From Marsupella aquatica (lineage: Eukaryota; Plantae; Marchantiophyta), in the NCBI GenBank assembly GCA_973895155.1, contig OZ316895.1:16534170-16598169 (forward strand): DNA of 64,000 bases. Direction: 5' to 3'. A program made the translations under genes and the position numbers. Below, piece by piece: positions 40,660-50,972 of this stretch. Within the stretch, counting starts at the first letter, position 1. Every line of letters begins with the position of its first letter. A model generated the notes under the pieces. The model had not been told where the DNA came from. It ran no database searches and saw only the letters and a list, made by a program, of their open reading frames with translations.

Positions 40660-42360
40660 TAACTATCACCGCAACATAGAGTGCAAGCACAACAGAGTGA
40701 TAGAAAAATCAATGTGTTATATATGATATTTATACTCAAGTTTTTTTAAGTTAATCATTAGTTTTTAATTAATATTCAATTAATTGTTTATCTTGGTCAA
40801 GTTAGGGAAGGTTACAGGTAGCTTGGACAGAGAAAATTGAAATTAAAAGGGGTATGGATGGATCACACAATTCAAAAAAACAAATTTAATTGAAAGGCTA
40901 GTATTATTTCCATTTTTTCTTGAGTTTGTTAATCTAAGATTTATAGAAGATATGATATTATAATGACTTCTCCTCTCCTTGTACCAAAGTTTTTATTGTG
41001 CTTGATTCTATTCATTTAATTTTTCTCATTATTATACTATGCAGTCAATATTTGTTTCTTGTGCATTCATTATGATAAAGTGAGTACCTCCTTGACACTC
41101 ATACATGCAAAAGAGTTAATTTTATTTTTTTGTCTTTTGTAGGACACCATTTTATTCCTTTGTGGGTGAAAAGTTTTCAGTCCTTTAGTCCACACTATAT
41201 TTAATTCATGTTTTGTGTTATGCCTTCTGTTTATTGATTCCTTCATTTTTTGGCACTGCAAATTTGAATGACAACCACTTCATAACAAGGCGCAATCTTG
41301 TATTATAGTCTTTAATGTAATAAGACCTATGTTATGGAGTTACCTCACATCCAAATCAACATGTTTCATCACATATATGATATGTAATTGAGTTTGTTAA
41401 CCCTGGTGAGTCTCACATCAAAGCATTATGCTTATGGCATATGTGGTAGTGTCTTCCCATGAACCGCTCTGGACGGCAGTTGAATTGCTAAAATTTATAT
41501 ACTCACTCCCAAGTGGTCTTTCCTCGCCACGCTTTAACCTTGAGAGCAACTTTTTGTTTTGTCCCAAAGGCCCAGACTACTCATCGGAACCCTGGGTCAC
41601 TCAGTTTTCTGCCCAGTGGGCAGACAGAAAAATAGATGAAATGAACTTTTGTTTGTCCACACTTCTCACACTACCTAGAGAACAAAATTCTTCAGCCTGA
41701 ACCAAAAGGTTCTGTTGTGCTCAGATCCAGCCAGCTTGCACAAACATAGATCAGGTTTGGCATTCCCTCCCCAACTGAGTCAATTTTGGAGGTCCGCAGT
41801 CCCACTTTGGTAGTTGAGTACAAAATGTTTTGCAACCTTGCACTGGTGCAAAGTGAAAATGGGGCGGACTCCCCAAATCACACCTTATTCAGGGTCCAGG
41901 CCTGGTGCAATTGTGGGTGCAAATGCTCTAACAAGTAAGAAAGTCCAATACACCAAGGCAAAGGTGACACCCACAACCAGGTCAACGCTAGCCACGAAAC
42001 AAACACAAATGTTCTCTGTGGAGCTCTTGTCAATGGTTTGACAAGCATGGCACATGATAACATATATGTGGAGGATCCAATGGACACCCTTGTTGCTTAT
42101 CAATTTAACTCTCATTGTAATATACACACACTTTTTATAGAAAGGGACCAAACACTGTACACAAGAACAAACAAAAGAGGGTCCAAGTGGACAAAACCAA
42201 ACCTAAAAGAAGTGAACAAAAGGGAACCTCAAAACACCGAAAAAGAGGAACTAAAAGTAAGAAATGAGCAATAGCGAACCCCTAAAAACCAAGAAAGAGG
42301 GACTAAAACTAACCCAACCGGACCAAGGTCCACATCATTCGTAGCAAATGTGACAAAAAG

Positions 42361-45300
42361 CTAATGGTCCACATCAAGGGTCAAAACTAGATCGGCAAGT
42401 GTGATTGGAACATCCTCTAGGGGAGCTAGCCGCTGCGGAGGCACACTAGCACCCACTGTAAGAGATCGACGATAGATGGCCCGAGCTTGAGCACGCTGTA
42501 AGGTGACTGAAATGCGTTGGCGAAAGTGCGTGGTCAAAACAGATAGCGGGGGTCCGGTGGGACCCATTCGGCCATGAACATCCCGGGCAGCTTGCCGAAG
42601 AAGCCCATCAAACTGAGGATGAAGACGCCCGAAGAGCTCCAGAGCAAGGGGGAGGAAGCTGTCGGATGAAGCTCGTGCAGCATATTTGGCCTCCTTCGTG
42701 GTTGCCGCACGTGACGCTGCTGCCCCTGCCGTTGTTGCCGCTGTCCCAAGGATGTCTTGGTGCAATGGGTTTGCCACTACTACATCTGCCAAAGTACGTT
42801 GACCCTCACGGGCCATAGTAAGATCCACCCGTAACCGTTGGGATGGAGGACCAGGTAACTCGAGTACCACCTCCCGCTGCATGCATACCAAAGAGCCAGA
42901 GAGAACCTGAGCAGTCGCATCGCGTACCGCGTTGTGAACAGTAATGGTTTCACCTCCCAAACTGCACCGAAGAAGATGGACACCTGTGGCATCACAAGGC
43001 TTCCCACAAGTGCAAGAAGGAGGTAAACCTGCAAGAAGTGGGTGGGGCAGCCCCAGACGAAGACGCATGGCTGTGGAGAACTCCGCTGAAGACATCCGCA
43101 AATGAGGAATGACTGGATTGGCCTGAAGCCATCCTCCTGCGCCCTTCCCTCCGAAAGAAAGAATCCGAGCTTGGTCTGTGTCAGGTGCCTCGGAGAGGAT
43201 GCTGGAAAGGGTGAAAGTGTGCATACGCCCAGCGAGGTCTGCCAGAAGACGGACGGGATCCAAGGATATAAACTCCTGAAAAGAAGGTAACACAGCGCGA
43301 ACGGGATCTGGTAATGATGACTGCGCCGCGCGCAAATGAACCTGAAATGGGAGGGAACCCTCCTCTACCTCCATGAGAGATGAAAGTAAAAAAGGGCGAT
43401 CCTCAGTAAGAAAACGATCGGCCAACAATGAGAAGGCGGCCGCCCACGCACCCAAAAAAACCAAAGGTGCAAGGCTCTCAATGGAAGTAAGACCAAAACC
43501 ACCCTGCGAAATAGGAAGACCGAGTTGTCGATGAAGCCACGGAGATGAGAGCAACGTACCCGGCCCTAAAAGAGAGGCCAGAGTCTCACGAATGGAGACA
43601 TCAAATGCTCAAAGGTGGAGACAAAGATCCTCAATAGGGGGATGCGTCCGAGCCAGATAAGACGCACGGGGGTGGATGCACCTCAACAACATCCCAAATG
43701 CTGCCTGAGAATCTACTAACTTAAGGAGCATAGGAGTAGGGGCTAAGGCGGCCTGTAGAGCGTCAACGATGAAAGATGAGCAAAAGGAGACGGTACCGAC
43801 TGGAGAGCCAAGGACCCGAAGACCATCGGCTGGACGTAAGAACCCTGGAGGAAGCGCAAGATCAGAGGGTAACCCAGCCGGACTCCAGGCACGACTCTTC
43901 ATAGGCTGAACCCGTAAACCGAGGCCCATCAAATGGGTGGAAAGAGTGGCGAGGGCAGAAGTAACCGCGGTAGGAGGACCAATGACGTGGGTGTCATCTG
44001 AAAGGGAGGGAAAGATACACTGGGGGTGGGCCATGGCGGCTTCCCGTAAAGCTGTAAAATGGGCAATGGCAAAAAGAGGCCCACCCAAAGGGTCACCCTG
44101 ACGTGTACCTTCTGCAGAAGAAAGAATGGTATACACTCCGGTAGAGGAGTGATGACTATAGAAGAGTGGGGCCTCGAGTCCATAAAAACAACGGACAAAG
44201 GGGATCAGGGACTGGATGTCTGGATCCGTTGCCCTCAAAGCACGAAAAATGGCTGCCCGAGAAACCGTATTAAAAGCGTTAGAGACATCAACCTGGAGGA
44301 CAACCCAATCAGGGTGGAGGTCCAAGGTAGCTCGAATACCCGCAATAACTGTCTCACAACCGCCAGGAACGCCCACTGCAAACTGATGTGGAGAGAGATG
44401 ATCCGATAGTGCAGAGCGAAACTGCGAGGAAAGTGTGCAAGACACCGGACGAAGAAAAACCTCCCCAATAGCAGATGGCCGAACACCCGGTGAAGACTTA
44501 GCCAAGGCCAATAAACGAGAAGCACTCAAGAGCCGAGAGACGGGAGGAGGCAAACGACCGGCTGCAATACACTGGCAAAAGGAGAAGAAAACTGGAAAAC
44601 CAGACTGAGGATCCTCAGGGGGGAATAAATCACGAAAATGCTCAAAGACATAGCCGGAGGAGGGGCCACCAGCAGCGCAACGAGGGGCATGGAGGAAGGC
44701 ATAGGTGAAGTGGTCCCGACTAAACTGAAGATCCTCCTCAGGCTCAAAATCCTCTACGAACAAAGGGAGCTAATCATGGGGCTGCGGATGGAGATCCTGA
44801 AGGGCCGTCGAGGTGGCCTCGCCAGGGGGGCTGGTGTGGTGGGAGAAAGGGCCTGGACAGCCCGACGATATTCACCAGCCTGGGCTAAACGACAAGAGCG
44901 ATGAAGACGTCTATGCTCAGGAGGATGAGAGTGGCGAGCTGGGTCAGACAAAGCACGGGCGGTAAAAGACCGGGCGCGAAGAAAGTACTCTTCCTGAAGC
45001 TGCGCCCAATCTCCCCGCAAAAAATGATGGATACGAGAAGCAGTCTCACGGTGATCCACACGACCACCATGACTAGGGAGGGTAAGAGTCCACTGTGGAA
45101 AAAAGCATCAGTAAAGACTAGTAGGAGACCTCCATAGGATGCGCCAAGATAAGCTGCATGAGCTGCAACAAGGAGGACCGAACTAAAGGGTGCAACGCCA
45201 GAGGAATGTGGTTATAAAGGCGAGGTCTAATGTACCCTGGATGATAGGCTGGAAGGGGGTCTAGAGTGCGAACCCAACTCCATGCCTACTCGGGAGCCTC

Positions 45301-45963
45301 CAAGGAGGGAGGGGCAGAGCTAACAGGGTCAATAGGGGGTTGGGGCTGGGATTGTGCTTGCTGGCGACGATGGCACCGCCCCCGCCCGCGATGATGAGGG
45401 AGGGAGATGCCCACCCATCCACAGTCATGACAAGTATGCAGGGGACGCTCGTCCGGGGAGGGAGCAGGGAAAGACTGGACAGGAGGTGGGGGTGGAACAG
45501 ATGTGGACGAGGAGGCCGGAGGAGGATGGTAAATGGGTGGAGGGGGAATGGGGTGGGGAGAGGAGCCAGGGCGACGATGGGGTAGGCAGTAGACTGGGGG
45601 GACTGGCAGAGCATCGGGCATGGGGTCATCACGAAGATGAGAGAGATCCAGTGAAGAATAGCAAACACGAAGACGACCACGAGGGGGGGGAGGACGGGGG
45701 AGAAGTGGGTGGTGGGGCTGGGCACTTGCCCCGCGCCAACACTCTCAACGCAGACATGACGAGCGATCAAGAAGCGACAAAAGGCCCAACCAAGGCATGT
45801 GAAAAGAAAGGGGGGGCGATGGAGAGAGCCCACCACATCAGGTCAAGAAACGGCACCAACCACCAGCCTAGGAAACCGTTGAGTAGATGCACGCACAGTA
45901 AGGAGCAAAGCTGAAGCACTCGTCGATGTGTCTGTTGGGGAGTCGACGCGAGTGAATATCCAT
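42361..45963 (-). pseudogene. CRE-like polyprotein (~1200 codons): N-terminal Cys/His motif, RT, CCHC knuckle, PD-(D/E)xK-type endonuclease; disrupted
   Basis: ATG at 45963 (MDIHSRR). Motifs HTCHDCGWVGISLPHH; LLALAKSSPGVRPSAIGE, QFAVGVPGGCE, QVDVSNAFN, GTRQGDPLGGPLF, PSLSDD, LPISQGGFG; CTCGKPCDATGVHLLRC..HNAVRD..RVD..LADVVVANP..KEAKY..FLPLALELFG. It has several TGA/TAG stops and frameshifts at ~45100 and ~44825. Confidence 0.88.
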
Positions 45964-45972
45964 CTTCTGAAT

Positions 45973-47323
45973 ATCCAAGTAAAACTGAGGGAGATATGGT
46001 CCCGAAACTGTCACGAAAAAGCACCCTACCGAAACCGAAGAAGAAAGTCGAAAACAAATCCGAAGAGAACCGTGGCAAAACTCGACTGTTTGGGCTGATG
46101 TTGGGAGCGATTTGAAGCGCCTCGAGAAGAGCTTTCCGAATCAGTTGACAGATCCGGATTCCGAGTAAAACTGAAGGAGATATGGGCCCGAAACTGTCAC
46201 GAAAAAGTAATCTACCGAAACCGAAGAAGAAAGTCGAAATCAAATCCGAGGAGAACTGTGTCGAAACTCAACCATTTGGGCTGATCTTGGGGTCGATTTG
46301 AAGCGCCTCGAGAAGAGCTTTCCGAATCAGTTGACAGATCCGGATTCCGAGTAAAACTGAGGGAGATATCGGCCCGAAACTGGCCCGAAAAAGCACCCTA
46401 CCGAAACTGAAGAAGAGAGTCGAAATCAAATCCGAGGAGAACTATGGCGAAACTCAACCGTTTGGGCTGATCTTGGGGTCGAGTTGAAGCGCCTCGAGAA
46501 GAGCTGTCCGAATCAGTTGACAAATCCAGATTCCAAGAAAAACTGAGGGAGATATGGCCCCGAAAGTGTCACGAAAAATCACCCTGCCGAAATCGAAGAA
46601 GAGAGTCGAAATCAAATCCGAGGAGAACTGTGGCAAAACTTGACCGTTTTGGCTGATCTTGGGGTCGATTTGAAGCGCCTCGAGAAGAGCTTTCCGAATC
46701 AGTTGACAGATCCAGATTCCGAGAAAAACTGAGGGAGATATGGTCCTGAAACCGTCACGAAAAAGCACCCTGCCGAAACTGAAGAAGAAAGTCGAAATCA
46801 AATCTGAGGAGAACTGTGGCGAAACTTGACCGTTGGGGCTGATCTTGGGGTCGATTTGAAGCGTCTCGAGAAGAGCTTTCCGGATCAGTTGACAGATCCA
46901 GATTCCGAGAAAAACTGAGGGAGATATGTTCCCGAAACCGTCACGAAAAAGTACCCTGCCGAAACCGAAGAAGAAAGTCGAAATCAAATCCGAAGAGAAC
47001 TGTGGCGAAACTTGACCGTTTGGGCTGATCTTGGGGTCGATTTGAAGCGCCTCGAGAAGAGCTTTCCGAATCAGGTGACAGATCCAGATTCCGAGAAAAA
47101 CTGAGGGAGATATGGTCCTGAAACCGTCACAAAAAATCACCCTACCGAAACCGAAGAAGAAAGTCGAAATCAAATCCTTGGAGAACTGTGGCGAAACTTG
47201 ACCGTTTGGGCTGATCTTGGGGTCAATTTGAAGCGCCTCGAGAAGAGCTTCCCGAATCAGTTGACAGATCCAGATTCCGAGAAAAACTGAGGGAGATACG
47301 GTCCCGAAACCGTCACGAAAAAA
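45973..47323 (-). repeat. Tandem array of ~7.3 x 186-bp monomers
   Basis: The anchor CTGA(G/A)GGAGATA falls at 45985, 46171, 46357, 46543, 46729, 46915, 47101 and 47287, an exact 186-bp period with no net indels. Confidence 0.97.
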
Positions 47324-49291
47324 CCGTCACACATCCCTTGCATGTGACGGAATGTGTAAGCACTTGTCATCTACACAGTATACCATGTGCTGCTGATTTT
47401 TATTGTGATTTGAATATAAATGTTGATATTGTATGTTTTGGGCATGGCTCCATTCTATTGGCCTCAAGCTTCGTCCTGGAGCTGATTCCTTAACTTCTTG
47501 TTTTGAATTTGCTGGCCATAAGGTTATTTATGGTTTTCCTTGTTCTGTCTTGTTGATTGGTCTAATAAACCACTAGCCTGCTGACTGCCCATTCTTTGCA
47601 CATAAATAGGGGTGAGAACATTCAAGTCAGTTGCCAGTTCACAGTTTGAATGCGATTGGTTTCCAGCACCTCCTCAAATTATGGGTCATTTTCAGAGACC
47701 CGCCTTGCCCGCAATCCCTAGTTGCTCTCCTAAACTCCCAACTTCAGTTATGGCCCCCGATTGAGGCACGGTCTAAAGGAATGCTGTAGACAGTAGGCCC
47801 TAAACAGGAGGTTTAACATGCCCATTCTTTACAAATGATAGGCTACTTCCATAGAAGTGGGGCCCCGGAAGTGTGCTTCAGTTTTGCCTATCATCACGGT
47901 GTCAAGGGGTCTTGTTGTCTCCCTAGTACCTGCCATTAGTCACTCATTCTTTTGAGTTTATTATGGATACCGCACCCAATCAAAAAGGCCATGCAATTGG
48001 CGTTGTATAGATTTGCAAATTATAATCTTGAGTAACTAACTAGGTGTATTTTGAGGAGACCATATGAAAACCTGGCCTAATCAAAATGTACTCTATAATG
48101 AAAATATTGTATTTGAATTTTAATAGACCTGTTTAATATAATAAAGTATAAATAATATGCTATCTACATCTGTGTTGTCAAACAGTGTATTTTAATTTTG
48201 ATGTTTTATAAAAATTTGATCAAAATAGTAGAAATAGCTAGCTATTTTGGATAGTTCCAACAATTTTTGTAGTTGACCAATTCATGTAATGACCAGTCAA
48301 ATATTATGCTAGCTTCCTTGACATTTTTCACAAGTGAAACATGTCATCAAACACATCATGGCCTTTGGAGCAAAGTGGAGATGCACAATGTATGCAACAA
48401 ATGTATCCTATATATGTATCAGTGTCATTACTATCGATGGACAGAGAGAAACAGAGACATTACCAATCAATTGGTGGAGAGATGCTCTCATTTTATAAAT
48501 ATTGGATCCATCATGTATGAACACCCGTATGAACATTTGCATCAAATATTATGTTAGCTTCCTTGATATCTCGAGGTATAGCTTGATGGGACCCCTGCCA
48601 AAAAGAAATCTAGTTGATAGACCCTTATGAAACTTTTGTTACAAACTAGGCCCCCTCCGACACTTTTGCGTCAGATGTTCTTGTAAAGTTCCTACAAGGA
48701 TTTTTAGCTTGATATTATCACCAATAAGAGCTACTGCAAAGTTTAGAATCAAATCATTTTGAGTGACAAACTACACCGTTGGGGAACCGTGGAGTAATGG
48801 CTGCTGTCACGCAAATTGCGAGTTCATAGGTGAAGACAATATGGCTCATGTCGTTAGGTTTGAATTTCTAACATACCGTCCATCTTTCGGTTGTTTCACG
48901 CAACCTATGCACGGGTTTGCATGCTATTTTGACGTTTCTTTTTATTCCTTTGTCTAAGTATGGAATGGATCCTCTACTTTTGGCCATTGGTCCCTACTGC
49001 AATGTTCAAAAATTGTCCCCAAGTGTGGAACTAACACAACATAGATGTTATCTTCTCACATCTAGACCCCAAATTTGTCTCAAATTACTGACGCTCAATG
49101 TCCATCTAGACCCCAAATTTGTCTCAGGAGTGGTCTCTTGCTGGATAGGAATGATTAAATTCTGGGGTACTCTCAAACCAAATTCTTCACTGTGTTGAGG
49201 CTTTCCCTTCTTGCAGCTGTTGTATAGATGGACACAAATACCTAAAGATGGAATGGAAAAAATTAGCACAACCCAACAACAGAGACAACAT

Positions 49292-49638
49292 TGTTAGGGA
49301 TTTACTCTCAGGTCTAGATTTGGTTACCGCTGTAACCATAGTTAAGCTAACCTTAGTCATGTACTTGGTTATGCTAGTCATGCAGCTTGCTAAATGCACA
49401 AGCAAGAGTTGACTGTCTTGTGTGTGGAACTCAGACTCATTGTTACTATATAGAGTCATTTGAGAGATAAAGAGAGTTCATGTTGTGGAGACTTGGGATG
49501 GCCGATGGGCTTAGAGTATAATAAAACGATGACATTCATGTCATCTAGGAGATGATCCACATATCTCGTTTTCCGGTTATGTGTTTGATGGATGTTCACA
49601 TGTGCATGTTGGTATGAGAGGTCTTTAATTGCTTAACA
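49292..49638 (+). mobile_element. Copia solo LTR (347 bp), related to the 14314 family
   Basis: TGTTAGGGATTTACTC...GCTTAACA. It shares TGTGGAGACTTGG..GCCGA.GGGCTTAGAGT with the intact LTRs. Flanks AACAT/AACAG form a near-perfect 5-bp TSD. Confidence 0.85.
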
Positions 49639-50740
49639 AACAGTTGAGAGCTGACCTCTAGTTTGTTGGTGGTGGCAATATATTTCTTGTAGAGCTTATC
49701 AGCACAATGTATCCGTTAGCTAGGTGTGTTGATCTATTGAAATGCCAAATTAGGTGACAACTGAAAACCTGCTACCATGGACGGAGTTTCTCTAGTTTCC
49801 AATGAGCCTAACGTTGAAATATTTAGTCAAGTACTGAGGAGATAGTGAGTTATGAATTTCTCCAACTTTCCAATGAGACTACCATTGGCAGATTTTGTCA
49901 AAAACTAAGAAGAGCAAAGTTTCTAAATTTCTCCAAGTTTCCAATGAGCCTAATATATGTTTGCATATTTTGTCAAGTGCCAAGGAGACCATGAATTTTT
50001 GAAGATCATGAATTACTAAGGAGATTGATTGGTTTTTTTAACCAGTGTTTTTTCTTCTTTTTCAAGCCCGAAAAGGGGACCGGAACCCAAAACACAGAAC
50101 CCAGGGGACAAAGGCTGCCCAGGGGAAAGACTGGCAACCGGCCATGACACCAAAACAAAAGCAAACCGTGGAATTTAATCAGGCCAAGAAGACCTGTACA
50201 GCCACCAGGCTGGTGATGTCTGGCCTCAAAATCCAATAGCAGCTCAACCTACAATTCTTACTCAAAGTGTGGCAGTCAATGGGAGTGAAAACACAGTACT
50301 CCGGTTGACAGTCACCATTCAGCTTCCTACTCTCGTTAATGTTCAAGTCCATTTACCAAAAAGCACACTTCCCCCTCCCCCCGAGAAGCCCAGACTGGAA
50401 ACCCTGGTCGTGGACCATGCAAGCAGCTTACCCAAGTTGTTCACCCAGTGGTTTGTTTGGTTGTTATTTGAAATTTTTATTTTCTTGGTTTTGGTATTTT
50501 TGTGGTTTCTCCTTGCCTCGTGTGAAACACAAACAATCATGTTTGCTTGTTGTGGCAAACATAAATGTTTGTGATTGTGACCAAAAGTGCCAGGATTTTG
50601 GAAGGATCTTCCCATAGGGGTATGTAAATACACTTTGCTCTCTTGTATAATACACTATTGTACTATATGTGAAGCGGGGGCTATAGGGAACATGGGGTTT
50701 AAGGAGTGCAGGATATATGATGTTTTCTATGCAAATATAG

Positions 50741-50972
50741 TCTTCCATGAGAGCAGGTTCATTTTGTGTGGTTGTCATCTTGGTTGTTGTGTGTGAATTC
50801 ATATGCTCTTCCATGAGAGCAGGTTTGCTTTGTGTGGTTGTCATCTTGGTCATTGTATGTGAATATGCTCTTTCATGAAGGGACTTGATAGGTTCATGTG
50901 TGTGGTTGTTGTATCTGAATATGCCTTCCATGAAAAAGGACTTAAAAGGTTCATTGTTGTGGTTGTTGTCTT
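50741..50972. repeat. Degenerate ~55-66 bp tandem repeat (4 units)
   Basis: TCTTCCATGAGAGCAGGTT...TGTGTGGTTGTCATCTTGG...GAAT..ATGC repeated at 50741, 50807, ~50870 and ~50925. Confidence 0.75.

Larger units (their letters stand above)
42119..47350 (-). mobile_element. Non-LTR retrotransposon with restriction-like endonuclease (CRE-clade-like), apparently full length, with 5' tandem monomers
   Basis: Single long RT+RLE ORF, T/G-rich 3' UTR (42119-42360) shared with the second copy at 58945, and a 186-bp array at the 5' end. No LTRs; no clear TSD found. Confidence 0.85.

Noticed and set aside
46800-46830. Hammerhead ribozyme core (CTGAGGA...GAAAC) in the 186-bp monomer
   Set aside because: Only one unit has CTGA (most others have CCGA), it is antisense to the element, stem II is 1 bp, and no convincing stems I/III were found.
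45973-47323. Centromeric satellite into which the retroelement inserted
   Set aside because: There are no monomers on the 3' side of the element and the array ends ~10 bp from the ATG, so it fits better as part of the element. Not excluded without genome-wide data.
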